From Squalus acanthias (taxonomy: Eukaryota): a DNA stretch of 64,000 nt. The DNA lies in contig CM059435.1 in assembly GCA_030390025.1 (NCBI GenBank), positions 44,268,001 to 44,332,000 of the forward strand. Direction: 5' to 3'. How positions within the stretch are numbered: the first letter of the stretch is position 1; the number at the start of each line of letters is the position of its first letter. Made by a program: the position numbers and the translations under genes. The notes beneath the pieces were generated by a model. That model was not told where the DNA came from, did not search any database, and worked only from the letters and a program-made list of their open reading frames with translations. Shown piece by piece: positions 1-12,600 of the stretch.

Positions 1-337
1 GACTCTGATGCCGTCATCCTCACAACCGGCAATAAAGTGGTGTTTGGGAATAACAGTGGGGACCAACATAGCTTAGACAACATGGTTTGGTTGCAAGCCA
101 CGACAGCCAGGGTACTGCACATGCGTGAACCGCGCATACAAGGACCGTTTTTCCCGACTCGCCAGCAGCAGCTCTCTGGAGACCAATTGTCCATTCCGAT
201 AGGCTCCCACCCAAAGCGGGAGGGTTGGAAACCTTACAGTTTCATCTTTATTATACTGTAATAATTTTCTGCAGTGGAACTTGCAAGATGCCAGTAATTA
301 TCCAGTTGTCTGTCTCTTATTTCGAGATGTTCCACCA

Positions 338-1425
338 GGCGGAGAGGCTTAGGGAGGGAATTCCAGAGCTTGGGGCCTAGGCAGCTGAAGGCACGGCTGC
401 CAATGGTGGAGGGATTAAAATCGGTGATGCGCAAGAGGCCAGAATTGGAGGAGTGTCGAGATCTCGGAGGGTTGTAGGGCTGGAGGAGGTTAGAGATATG
501 GAGGGGCGCGGCCATGATGTGATTTGAAAACAAGATGAGAAATTTAAAATTAAGGTGTTGTCAGACCGGGAGCCAATGTAGGTCAGCGAGCAGAGGGGTG
601 AACGGGACTTGGTGCAAGTTAGGATACAGGTAGCAGAGTTTTGGATGAATTCAAGTTTATGGAAGGTGGGAAGCCGGCCAGGAGAACATTGGAATAGTCA
701 AGTCTAGAGGTAATAAAGGCTTGGACAAGGGTTTCCGCAGCAGATGAGCTGAGGCGTGGCAGAGTCTGGCGATGTTACGGAGGTGGAAATAGGCGGTCTT
801 GGTGATAGAGTGGATATGTTGGGGCCAAATATAACACCAAAGTTGCGAAAGGTCTGCTTCAGCATCAGACGGGAAGAAGGTTGGAGTCAGTGGCTAGGGA
901 ACGGAGTTTGTGGCGGGGACAAAATACAGTGGCTTCGGTCTTCCCAATTTTTGGATGAGTTGGAAGAAATTTCTGCTCATCCAGGACTGGATGTTGGGCA
1001 AGCAGTGTGACAAGTCTGAGACTGTGGAGGGGTTGAGAGAGGTGGTGAGGTAGAGCTGGGTGTCATCAGCATACATGTGGAACCTGACATTGTGTTTTCA
1101 GATGATGTTGCCGAGGGGGCAGCATGTAGATGAGAAATAGGAGGGGGCCAAGGATAGATCCTTGGGAGGCTCCAGAGGTAACAATGCAGGAGTGGGAAGA
1201 GAAGCCGTTGCAGGTGATACTCTGGCTACAACTGGATAGATAAGAATGGAACCAGGCGAGGGCAGTCCCACCCAGCTGGACGACGGAGGAGAGGCGTTTG
1301 AGGAGGATGGTATGGTCAACCGTATCAAAGGCTGCAGACAGGTCGAGAAGGATGAGGAGGGATAGTTTACCACAGTCATAGTCACATAGGCTGTCATTTG
1401 TGGTGAGGGCTGTTTCAGTGCTGTT
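338..1425 (-). mobile_element. L2-clade LINE fragment (3' ORF2/RT region, decayed)
   Basis: Minus-strand peptides MYADDTQLYL and STIGSRAFSCLGPKLWNSLP; same family recurs at 25104, 33590, 35260, 50830 and 54195. Confidence 0.85.
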
Positions 1426-1433
1426 TATATTGA

Positions 1434-2340
1434 TGTGATACTTTTTTAGGTTGAAGTGAGTTCACAAAAGTTTAAAATCCATTTTGCAGCCAGAGTTGGG
1501 CGAGGAGTTGTGGATTGAAGCCAAATCAGTCGGGCTGATCTGTCTGGAGATCAGACAGTGGAAGTCCAACCAGATTGTGTTGAGATGACACTATTCATTT
1601 TGAAAGCAGGAAAGAATTGTTGCCAGGAACCTCCGCCAAGGGGGCAGTGGCTGATTTAATTGGCAGCTCTACTGGTCAACCCCTGGTTAAGGAAGAAGTT
1701 GGAGGTCAACCTTCAACTTTCTGTCACGAGAGGAGACGAAAGAACAGTGGAGAAATATGTTCGAGGAAAGTTGATAAGATCTGTTGAGCGAGACCGGTAA
1801 GGGCCTATGACAGTTTACCTTGACAACGAACCAAGCTCAAAGCAATCCTTGGTCTGAGTTAGTGTTACAGTTGACCTCAGTGAAGATGACTTGGTGCACC
1901 AACAAGGACAGTGTGATGTCTTATATTTGTTGCAAGGAGAAACTGAAATTAAGTTATGAAATGTGAGCTTTGTTTTAATGGTTACTTTGTATGTTCATTT
2001 GCTGACTGTAAAATAAAGCAGATTAACAATTAGTATCTGCCTTCATAAGAACATAAGAAATAGGAGCAGGAGTAGGCCATTTGGCCCCTCGAGCCTGCTC
2101 CGCATCTCGCTAAGGTGTTAATCAGTCCACCTTCTTGAAGATTGGAGAAGTGTATGTGAGGGTACATGTGAAGATTATGATTTACAGTTTGTATAACAAG
2201 GGGGTCGCATTGGTCTACCCCCAGGTCAGACTACCATATAACTTGATATTAGGCAGTTTGGGTGAACTCCAGATTGTAAAGAACATGGGGTCCATTTGCA
2301 ACCCAAGGGAATATCTAAAATAGACCTAAGATTTGTAACA
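1434..2340. mobile_element. Putative solo-LTR-like repeat (TG...CA ends, internal AATAAA), interrupted by a CR1 tail
   Basis: Begins TGTGATA, ends TGTAACA; segments ~1668-1720 and ~1950-2135 align by eye with ~58563-58617 and ~59170-59298; no clear TSD. Confidence 0.4.
2044..2103 (-). mobile_element. CR1 3' tail fragment
   Basis: cataagaacataagaaataggagcaggagtaggccatttggcccctcgagcctgctccgc, the same terminus as at 8978, 37217 and 55160. Confidence 0.8.
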
Positions 2341-2888
2341 TCTGTCTTAATTTTGAAAAGGTACAGGAAAATAAAACACAATACAACATTAACAGTAAGA
2401 CAACAAACTAAATTTAATGAATAGGTAACACAGAGTGAAGAAATATACGCTTGGACTTTCCTCCATTATCCTGCCCAAAATCAGTTGATTTACTGCAGGC
2501 AAAGGCTGGAAAATCGGGCAGTGTGGTTTACTGCCACATTTCCACTTCCACTTTAATTTCCCTCCATTAGCTTTTTAGGCCTCAGCCCAGGTGAAGACCT
2601 AAAAATTGCCAGTACCTCCTTGATCTTGGGGGATTTTCTGCCTCCATTAAAAGGTCCCGCTCCTCAGGTTCCACTGTATCACTGCCAGAATTTTTCTGGG
2701 GGCAGTGCCTCTTGCTGACAGGGATCTTACTGGAAGCCTGCCCTGCATGGCGAAGGAGCGCCAACCCAGGAAAGTGTGTTGGGGCGGTGAACGGAAGTCC
2801 TGCCCTGGTCCTCCTCGGGCAGGAAAAGGAGAATCCAGGCCACATAATCTTCTTATAAAGTTAATGTGTGTGTCTTTTTCTTGTTTAG

Positions 2889-3037
2889 GAATCTATGGAT
2901 TTTTGCACTCTGGTCTGGTCAGGGTGGGTGGAAGGAGTAACAGTGAACTACTGAAAAGATTCACCCTGAAGGAACTGAGGACCAGCAGGGAGTTCAGAAG
3001 AAAACTGCCCCAACACTTGCGAGGAGCCTATTTTGAA
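2889..3037 (+). CDS. ZNFX1: ZNFX1 internal exon (first in window): GIYGFLHSGLVRVGGRSNSELLKRFTLKELR...LRGAYFE
   Basis: tttag acceptor, gtaag donor; matches recalled vertebrate ZNFX1 VRVGGRSNSEILKQFTLREL. Confidence 0.92.
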
Positions 3038-3133
3038 GTAAGATTGTAGTATGATGCTGAAACCCCATGATTTGGAATGAGTATTTGCAACACTCACAGG
3101 GACTGAATCATTATAATCTGTGATTTAATATAG

Positions 3134-3277
3134 GTAACCAATCAGATGAGGGAATCGGAGCAGAAAATTCGTGCAGCAGCACAACACTTGGAGTGCACAA
3201 CACAAGGGGTTCTTCACGAGCAGTATTTGGAGAAATACATCTCTGCAATGCACTGGAACAACTTGCAGAATGGACTG
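3134..3277 (+). CDS. ZNFX1: ZNFX1 exon: VTNQMRESEQ...LECTTQGVLHEQYLEKYIS...NGL
   Basis: AG/GT bounded, 144 nt, phase 0-0, follows a 96-nt intron; resembles MKESEQ...LECTMRGVLREQYLQKYIS. Confidence 0.92.
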
Positions 3278-3339
3278 GTATGATCACGCAAGATATTTCT
3301 TCCCCCCCCCCCCCCCCCACCCCGCCCTCCCTTTTTCAT

Positions 3340-3530
3340 AAATACAAGATCCTCTCCTGAAGACATTGACTTATGCTGAGGTATGGGTCTACAAATGCCA
3401 ACAGTTCTTCTATGCCTTGAACAAGCGGTTATTCTTCATATAAGCGTAGAAATTTAGTATTGGCAGGTTATTTGACTGGGATGGGAGGTTATTACAGCTA
3501 AACCAGATACCTTCTCATCTGTAAGCATGC
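3340..3530 (-). mobile_element. Decayed tRNA-type SINE fragment (related pieces at ~29830-29990 +, ~35855-36200 +, ~36940-37030 -, ~48900-49030 -)
   Basis: Shared diverged blocks among copies recognised by eye; family name not assigned. Confidence 0.45.
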
Positions 3531-3856
3531 ATCTTCAGGTATCCTGGCTTAATGGGTTCCCCCTCCATCCTATGGGATGAATACCTTGTTTTTGTAATTA
3601 CATAGATCTGTGCTGGGAGCCTGTGTGCTAATTGATGAAGTTTACTGTACAATTAAAAGTTGAAGTGTGATAGTGCTCTTTACCTGATGTTACAAATGCT
3701 CAGGATGTGTTAGCACAGTTAAAGCGCCAGACCGTTGCATGTTTTAAATATTTGTTTGCGTGTTTAAAGCCTGATAGGTCAGTTATGGTGCTCAGGCATG
3801 AAGTTGGTGTTGCAGAATGTCTGACTGTTTTACTGAATATTTTAATGCTTTTGTAG

Positions 3857-3977
3857 GTATTCGATGATTTTGTTTTGCCTGGAGGAAGGCATTCATTAAT
3901 CTTGGAGTGGCTGGGTCTTGGCTTCATGGGTGTGACTGGAATTCCTGGAGCCGATCCTCAGAACATGGAAAATGCAG
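3857..3977 (+). CDS. ZNFX1: ZNFX1 exon: VFDDFVLPGGRHSLILEWLGLG...ENA
   Basis: tgtag acceptor, gtaaag donor, phase 0-1; HSxxLEWLGLG motif. Confidence 0.9.
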
Positions 3978-4691
3978 GTAAAGGCTCCCACTGTTGTGTT
4001 CAGAATTTTTTAATGTGACTCTAGGATTGTCACTAAACCACAAACAATATCCCCCTCCATTACTTCCAAGTCCAGTTTTTCTCCTTAACAGTACTATTAA
4101 CAGCTTAACATGATCCCCTTAACCTGGGATGGCAGAAGAATCTGGCTTGTGGGCTTGCCGTCATCTTTGATCCTGCCACACACTAATTGGCTTCCAGAAT
4201 ACATCATTCAGTGGGGTGAATTATTCTGTGTACATTTTCAATGCTACCCCTTCATTGGATGCTCTTTCAGATGAGATTTTGAAGAATTTTATGGAACCCA
4301 CCTGACAAACAAGTTGGAATGATGGCCAGCACCAAGACTTGAACTTCTAACCTCCGTCATGAAAACTTAAATTTCCATCTCGATCTCAATCTCTAGATTG
4401 GTTCATGATTAGGGTAAAGCAGACGGTTATCCTATAGTGTTGTGGCTATCTCACCAGAATTTTAGATCTTTGTCGCCACACCTGAAGAAGTGGGTTTCCT
4501 TGATAGGAAGTCGAAACACTACCTCTGGTGGGAAAGACTGCCATTTTCCCTGGCCATGGGGAAGCTGACTGCTCAGCCCACTCCTACCAAGCTGTGATCT
4601 GCTTTCCCAGTTGTGGTGCTGAACCTGCGAGACATTGGGGGTCCTCTTTGCCCAATTTTGATAGCTTTGCTTTAATCTTATTCTTGTCATC

Positions 4692-5774
4692 AAGATTAGG
4701 GCTCATGGGATTGGGGGTAATATCTTAGCTTGGATTGAGGATTGCTTAACGGACAGAAAACAGAGATTAGGAATAAACTGGTCATTTTCGGGTTAGCAGA
4801 CTGTAACTAGTGGGGTGCCACAAGGATCCGTGCTTGGGCCTCAGCTATTCACAATCTATATCAATGATTTCGATGAGGGGACCGAGTGTAATGTATCCAG
4901 TTTTGCTGACGATGCAAAGCTAGGTGGGAAAGTAAGCTGTGAGGAGGACGCAAAGAAGCTGCAAAGGATTATAGACCAGTTCAGTGAGTGGGAAAGAAGA
5001 TGGCAGATGGAATATAATGTGGAGAAATGTGAAATTATCCACTCTGGTAGGAAGAATAGAAAAGAGTTTTTTTTAAAAGGGGAGTGACTAGTAAATGTTG
5101 CTATGCAGAGGGATTGGAGTGTCCTTGTACATGAATCTCAAAAATTTAACATGCAAGTACAGCAAGCAATTAGGGAGGCAAATGGTATGTTGGCCTTTAT
5201 TGCATGAGGGTTGGAGTATAAAAGTAAGTAAAGTGTTGCTGTGTACAGTTTTGGTCGTCTTACCGAAGAGAGGATATACTTTCCTTAAAGGGGATGCAAC
5301 TAGATTGATTCCTGGGATGAGAGGGCTGTCCTCTGAGGAGAGATTGAGTAGAATGGGCCTATATTCTCTGGAACTCCAGAATGAGAGGTGATTTCATTGA
5401 AACATATAAGATTCTGAGAGGACTTGACAGGGTAGATGCTGAGGGACTGTTTCCCCTGGCTGGAGAGTCTAGAACTAGGGGTCAAATTCTCAGGATAAGG
5501 GGTCGGCCAGTTAGGACTGAGATGAGGAGAAATGTCTTCACCCAGAGGGTTGTGAATCTTTGGAATTCTCTACCCCAGAGGGCTATGGATGCTCAGTCAT
5601 TGAGTATATTCAAGACGGAGATTGATAAATTTTTGGACACTAAGAGAATCGAGGTATATGGGGATAGGCCAGGAAACTGGAGTTGAGGTAGAAGATCAGC
5701 CATGATCTTATTGAATGGCGGAGCAGCCTCAAGGGGCCGTATGGCCTACTCCTGCTCCTATTTCTTATGTTCTT
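4692..5774 (+). mobile_element. CR1 LINE 3' portion (RT region plus 3' tail), frameshifted
   Basis: PQGSVLGP...FADDAKL, FTQRVVNLWNSLP; ends in cctatttcttatgttctt. Confidence 0.93.
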
Positions 5775-5797
5775 GACTTTTTTTTCTTTTTGTGAAG

Positions 5798-6027
5798 ATG
5801 AACAACAGGAGGAAGGTGAGGATGAGGATGTAGAAGATGAGTTGATTCATATCTCTGAGGAAGCAGAGCTCATCCAGGCAGAGAGAGTGATTGATGACGA
5901 TGAGCCAAAAATAAGGGCCAAGAAGAAACAAGATGCCGATCTCACTGAACTGGCAAACACGTTGTTGGCAATGAACCTTAACCATGGCACTCGAGGCGCA
6001 CATCCGCAGGAGGAAGCAGGCTGGCAG
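5798..6027 (+). CDS. ZNFX1: ZNFX1 exon: acidic stretch, ISEEAELIQAERVI...GWQ
   Basis: Poly-T tract plus aag acceptor, gtaaat donor, phase 1-0; matches IAEEADLIQADRVI. Confidence 0.92.
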
Positions 6028-6475
6028 GTAAATCTCGAGGTTCTGAAACTTCAAGAACTACAGTCATCATTTAACTGGCCCCTTTTTGCTAAAGTTATCA
6101 AAGAATGCAATTTCAACCCCTGATGTCATCAGCAATCGCTGTTGACACATTAGTGTAAATTCTCCTGAATACACCATGGTAGTGGGGAAACCTCCCCTGC
6201 CATCAGCGCATATCAGAAAATAATAGGCACATTTGGATGGAAATTTGTGGGCAATGTGCCTGGGACTTTGTGCTAGTGCTGGATGAGATCCCCTGTCACC
6301 AGCACGTACTTTGAAAATAGCCTGTTGTAGAGGCGTCAGAGCACACATGTATTTATTTAAAAGATTGATAAAAGCTATCTCCTCTGCATTGCCAAATACT
6401 GCTTGTATTTCAAAAGAACTTTTTCATGTGGCTATTCAGTCCCACTCTTAACGCAATGTTCCTGCTTTTAAACAG

Positions 6476-6615
6476 GTCCAAGGCAACCAAAAGAAGAAAA
6501 TGAAACAGAAAGCAAAGGTAGAACTGCGGAAGAGCGGCGCTATGGCTGCGGCAGAGGAAAACAGAATTTTCAATATCTGGACGCTTCCCCTCAAAGATAG
6601 ATGGCGTCTGTACAG
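6476..6615 (+). CDS. ZNFX1: ZNFX1 exon: VQGNQKKKMKQKAKVELRK...DRWRLY
   Basis: aacag acceptor, gtcaga donor, phase 0-2; NQKKKMK...ELRK...RWxLYR. Confidence 0.92.
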
Positions 6616-7679
6616 GTCAGAGGCTGCACACTGCTCTTGAATTTTCATCAATATTTCCTGTTCTGTTTGCTCTCATTTTTGTTGCTGACCCCTCTCTCTT
6701 GAGACCATGATTTTTCTATGATCTCTGCCACTTCTCTGTGCTTTACCATCCAGACAGGTGCCTCCAGTGCAGCCCGTTGGGTTCTGTATGTTTTAGTTTT
6801 TCTTAACACTTGAAATGAAGCTACTTATTTTCGTTTGGTTTTCCAGCCAGAGAATTGATGAAACATTTTCAGTGAGGTCACGTGATTTGAGTAACGAGTA
6901 GTCCTAGGATTCAAACTTGAAATTCAAAATGTTGAAGGAGAAACAAATCCATTATATATGTCGCAGAAACTCTGCATAATGTTCTTGACATTTGCTCGTC
7001 CGTGAAAGTATCATTACTATTTCGGTGCCACAAGCTCATTTGATAGAAATTAATAAATTGAAATTATGCGGTTTTTGAAAAACATTTTTTCTTCCTTTTT
7101 AAGTTTAGAACATTTTGTATTTAGTGAAAGGTAACATATATATTGAAGTGTAATTGATCAGATGCTGCAAGAGGTACCTGGTTTTAGAACCTGCTACCAG
7201 TGTGTTGAAATACCCATTTTCTTGACCTTTGCCCTTCCCTGAGCAAAAAGGTCAGGAAGGAGGAGGCAGGGCTGGGCCTCTTTTTTTCTTCCTGGACTTG
7301 CAGCTATGGAATACCCAGGCATAGGGGCGTCCCAAAATATAGGCATGGGTTTGAGCTGAGAAGCACACTCAGACTGGATAAGTTTGCAAATTTCTGTAAA
7401 TTATTCAGGCAAATCTTCAGGTTAGTGGCCAGTAATGGAGCTGCACAGAACTGTGCTCGAACTTCCTCCCCATTTCACCCACTCCCAGCACATCTGGGTG
7501 GTGGGAGGGGTCTTGTTCCAGGGTGTCCCCAGGCCATATTAATGGCCCAGGACAGGAAATCCTGGCATTCCTGGGCATGGAGTAGTTTAGAAAATTTCCC
7601 TGTAATGTTTTCTATGTTTCTAGACCTGTGATCATTCCAGTGATTGTATTATATACAATCATTCCTTTTAAAATTCTAG

Positions 7680-7834
7680 GTTGTGGTTGTCCATGTATCA
7701 GACGGATATAAGGCGACGGATCGTTCAGCATGAGCAGCTCTACCAAGCAGCGGCCGACAGGCTGGCAGAGTTGAGGCTGCAAGAAGACCTCTGGGTTCTG
7801 AAGGAAGCTAAAGTTGTAGGGATGACAACCACAG
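7680..7834 (+). CDS. ZNFX1: ZNFX1 exon: LWLSMYQ...AELRLQEDL...VVGMTTT
   Basis: ttctag acceptor, gtatga donor, phase 2-1. Confidence 0.95.
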
Positions 7835-8051
7835 GTATGATCTTTTTAAATCTATCTGTGCTGATTCAATGCAGATTATGTGACATATAGCATCCAAATG
7901 GTTAGGAATTGGCTTTACCAACCTGGGGTGGGAGGGGGCCAGATATCCTCTTGTGACTTGTGTGTAACAGAAATGTAAACTCATTCTTTATAAACAGGTT
8001 TATACATGCTGCACAAAAAAACTTTCCTGGTACACTTAACAAGGAAGCCAA

Positions 8052-8651
8052 GGGCTGGGTTTTCTTCCAAAATTCTGCCTAAAATGGCGGAGAATGAACA
8101 AAATCCGGCAGCGAGATCTAGTGTCTCATTGCCCAACTTGCCTTTCACTTTCCTCTCCTCTCCCCTGCCAGCATCACTGCTGGCTGCTTCTCCCCCCGCC
8201 CCCCCCCCCACCTGTCATCCCGGCAGATTTTCCTGATGTCCATCCCAGTTATTACCATTTCCTGGGACCACCATGTGGAAGGTGGTGGTATGCTCTGAGT
8301 AGTGTTGGTAATGGTCGTCAGGCTCCCCTGCCGTGGAGGGAGAGGTCCTTGTACTGGCCTCCAATCCCTCAAATATGGCCCCCACCTATCTTCCTGCATA
8401 GACTTCAGCCTCTGCTGAGGCCTACAAGGTTGCAGATTCCCTGATCTTTGGGGCTCTTCTGCTTCCTTTAAATGGCCATCTGTCTCTTCTGGATTTTGTG
8501 ACCAGACATTGGTGGGCTCCCTCTTGGCAGCGGAAATCCTGTCAGGAGCCCACCATGACTATCAAATGACCTCCCAACCAAGAGAAATAGGCCAGGGCGG
8601 TTGGAAGACCCGCCTTGCTGGAATTCTGCCCGGAAGAGGAGAATTCAGCCT
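8052..8651. mobile_element. Decayed MITE (GGGCTG-type terminal inverted repeats)
   Basis: gggctgggttttcttcc ... ggaagaggagaattcagcct; TSD not preserved. Confidence 0.5.
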
Positions 8652-8757
8652 GACATTCAGTCAGAGCCATTCCACACATTACCTGCTGGTAAACAGTCTC
8701 TGTACTTAGCAAACCTTTTAACTTCCCCCTATCATAGCTCTATATTTGGCATTTGAT

Positions 8758-8979
8758 ATTTGGCTGAATTTGCCATCTGCGTATCTGCGCTTTGGATTTT
8801 ACAATGCACCTCAAGCAATGGATTGTGGAAACAAGGTCATTTATTGCATCTTGTTGACAGTCCACATGCACAAACTGCACAGCAGATCCTGCTGGAAGCC
8901 TATAGTACCAACCTTTGCATTGTGGTGGTCATTCCAGCTCAGATTCCCTAAAACTGTCTTGAATTTGCTGTCCATTGCA
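8758..8979. repeat. Left arm of local inverted duplication (partners at 15679-15768 and 15256-15496)
   Basis: Reverse-complement similarity, e.g. tttggattttacaatgcacctcaagcaatgga vs tccattgcttgaggtgtgttgtaaaatccaaa. Confidence 0.85.
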
Positions 8980-9611
8980 TAAGAACATAAGAAATAGGAG
9001 CAGGAGTAGGCCATTTGGCCCCTCGAGCCTGCTCCGCTATTCAATAAGATCATATCTGATCTTCGCCTCAACTCCACTTTCCTGCCCTTTCCCCATAACC
9101 CCTGATTCCCCTGTTTTTTTCACAAGTCCGTCTAACTCTGCCTTGAATATATTCAATGACTCCGCCTCCACAGCTCTCTGGGGTAGAGAATTCCAAAGAT
9201 TTACAATTCTCTGAGAGAAGAAATTCTTCCTCAACTCCATTTTAAATGGGCCACCCCTTATTCTGAAACTATGCCCCCGAGTTCTAGATTCCCCCACGGG
9301 GGGAAACATCCTCCCTGCATCTACCCTGTCAAGCCCCCTCAGAATCTTATATGTTTCAATAAGATCACCTCTCATTCTTCTAAACTCCAGTGAGTATAGG
9401 CCCAACCTGCTCAACCTTTCCTCATAAGACAACCCTTCAACTCGGGAATCAACCTAGTGAACCTTCTCTGAACTGCCTCCAATGCAAGTATATCCTTCCT
9501 TAAATAAGGAGACCAAATCTGTACACAGTACTCCCAGGTGTGGTCTCACCAATACCCTGTACAGTTGTAGCAAGACTTCCCTACTTTTATACTCCATCCC
9601 CCTTGTGATAA
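8978..9611 (-). mobile_element. CR1 LINE 3' end (host copy, continues at 13784-14314)
   Basis: ORF 9037-9432 SYEERLSRLGLYSLEFRRMRGDL; cataagaacataagaa tail. Confidence 0.92.
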
Positions 9612-12600
9612 AGAATCATAGAAAGTCACAGCACAGAAGGAGGCCATTTTGACCCATCGTGTCTGCGCCGGCCAACAAAAAGCTATCCAGCCTAATCCCA
9701 CTTCCCAGCTCTTGGTCCATAGCCCTGCAGATTAGAGCATCCCAAGAGCACATCCAAGTACTTTTTAAATATGGTTAGGGTTCCTGCCTCTACCACCCTT
9801 TCAGGCAGTGAGTTCCAGACCCCCACAACCGTCTGGGTGAAGAAATTTCCCCTCAAATCCCCTCTAAACCTTCCAACAATTACTTTAAATCTGTGCCCCC
9901 TGGTTTTTGACCCCTCTGCTAAGGGAAATAGGTCCTTTCTATCCACTTTATCTATGCCCCTCATAATTTTATACACCTCCATAAGGTCTCCCCTCAGCCT
10001 CCTCTGTTCCAAGGAAAACAGACCCAGCCTATCCAGTCTTTCCTCATAGCTAAGATTCTCTACTCCCGGCAACATCCTTGTAAATCTCCTCTGTACCCTC
10101 TCTAGTGCAATCACATCTTTCCTGTAATGTGGTGACCAGAACTGCACGCAGTACTCTAGCTGAGGCCTAACTAGTGTTTTATGCAGTTGAAGCATAACCC
10201 CCCTTCTCTTGTATTCTATGCCACAGCTAATAAAGGCAAGCATTCCGTATGCCTTCTTAACCACCTTATCTACTTGGCCTGCTACCTTCAGGGATCTGTG
10301 GACATGCACTCCAAGGTCCCTTTGTTCCTCTACACTACTCAGTGTTCTACCATTTAATGTGTATTCCCTTTCCTTGTTAGCCCTCCCCAAATGCATTACC
10401 TCACACTTCTCTGGATTGAATTCCATTTGCCACTGTTCTGCCAACCTGACCAATTTATTGATCGCTTCCTTCTTCAGTATCAACCACACAGCCGATTTTA
10501 GTATCATCTGCAAACTTCTTAATCATACCCCCTATATTCAAGTCAAGATCGTTGATGTATACCACAAAAAGCAAGGGACCTAGTACTGAGCCCTGCGGAA
10601 CCCCACTGGAAACAGCCTTCCAGTTACACAAACACCCATCAACCATTACCCTCTGCTTCCTGTCTCCGAGCCAGTTTTGAATCCAACTTGACACTTTGCT
10701 TGGATCCCATGGGCTTTTAACTTTGTGACCAGTCTGCCATGTGGAACCTTATCAAAAGCTTTGCTAAAGTCCATATACACTACATCAAACACACTACCCT
10801 CATCCACCCTCCTTGTTACCTCCTCAAAAAATTCAATCAAGTTTGTCAGACACGACCTTCCCTTAACAAATCCGTGCTGACTATCCTTGATTAATCCGTG
10901 TCTTTCTAAATGAAGATTTATCCTGTCCTTCAGAATTCTTTCCAATAATTTTCCCACCACCGAGGTTAGGCTGACTGGCCTATAATTACTCGGTCTATCC
11001 TTTTCTCCCCTTTTAAACAAGGGTACCACATTAGCAGTCCTCCGGCACCACACCTGAAGCCAGAGAGGATTGAAAAATGATGGTTAGGGCCTCTGCTATT
11101 TCCTCTTTTGCTTCGCTTAACAGCCTGGGATACATTTCATCCGGGCCTGGGGATTTATCCACTTTTAAAGCTGCTAAACCCCTTAATACTTCCTCTCTCA
11201 CTATGTTTATTTCATCTAATATTTCACACTCCTTCCCCCCCCCCCCCCGATAGCAATGTCTGCTTCGCCCCTCCTTTGTGAAAACAGACGCAAAGTATTC
11301 ATTAAGAAACCTACCGACGTCTCCTGCCTCCACACATAGATTACCCTCATGATCTCTAATAGGCCCTACCCTTTCTTTAGTTATCCTCTTACTCTTAATA
11401 TATTTATAAAACATCTTTTGGGTTTTCCTTGATTTTACTTGCCAAGAATTTTTCATGCTCTCTCTTTTTGCTTTCCTAATATTTTTAATTGCTCTCCTGC
11501 ACTTTCTGTACTCTAAAGATTCTGGAGTATTTAGCCCTCGGTATCTGTCATATGCCTCCCTTTTTTTCTTTATCCTATCCTGTATGTCCCTAGACATCCA
11601 GGGAGCTCTAGATTTGTTAGTCCCACCTTTTTTTTTTAAGGGAACATATTTGATCTGAACCCTCCGGATCTCCTTGAATGCCTCCCACTGCTCTGACACT
11701 GATTTACCTTCAAGTAGCTGTTTCCAGTCCACTATGGCTAAATCCCCTCTGAGCTTAGCAAAATTTGCTTTTCCCCAATTTAGAATTTTTATTCCTGGTC
11801 TATCCTTGTCCTTTTCCATAACTACCTTAAATCTAACAGAATTATGGTCACTAGCACCAAAATGCTCCCCCACTGATACGCCTTCTACCTGCCCAGCTTC
11901 ATTCCCTAAAACTAAGTCCAGAACCGCCCCCTCCCTTGTTGGGCTTGCTACATACTGGCTAAAAAAGTTCTCCTGGATGCATTTTAGGAATTCCGCACCC
12001 TCTCTACCCTTCACACTAATTTTATTCCAGTTAATATTGGGGTAGTTGAAATCCCCTACTATTACTGCCCTATAGTTTTTGCACTTCTCAGATATTTGTC
12101 TACATATTTGTTCTTCTATCTCCCCCTCATTATTTGGGGGTCTGTAGTACACTCCCCAGCAGTGTGATCGCCCCTTTTTTGTTTTTCAATTCGACCCCTA
12201 TGGCCTCGTTTGATGATCCGTCCAACATATCATCCCTCCTCATAGCTGTAATAGTTTCTTTAATCAATACCGCGACCCCCCCCCCTCCCTTTTTACCTCC
12301 CTCTCTATCCCATCTGAAAATCCTGTAACCAGGAATGTTGAGCTGCCATACCTGCCCCTCTTTCAGCCACGTCTCTGTAATAGATATAATATCATAGTCC
12401 CAAGTATCTGCCTGTGCCCTCAGCTCATCTGCCTTGTTCGCTATACTCCTTGCATTGAAGTATATACCATTTTAGTACAGGCAAACCTCCTTGTTGACTA
12501 CTATCTAGCCCTTGATTCCTCTGTCCTTCCAATTTACTTGCTACGTTTTTGTTTTCCAATTCCAGTTTTTCTTCCTCTCTATTGACTCTATACTTAGGCT

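Noticed and set aside
1-240. GC-richer block with gcacatgcgt motif
   Set aside because: Probably part of a repeat cut by the window edge; no boundaries could be defined
6028-6475. Intronic snoRNA (SNORD12-type) expected near ZNFX1
   Set aside because: No convincing C/D box pair with a terminal stem; the known host ZFAS1 lies at the 5' end of ZNFX1, outside this window
8760-8951. Similar peptides AQTAQQILLEAYSTN here and at 15372-15560 suggesting a duplicated small gene
   Set aside because: Explained by the non-coding inverted duplication; no splice context or known homology
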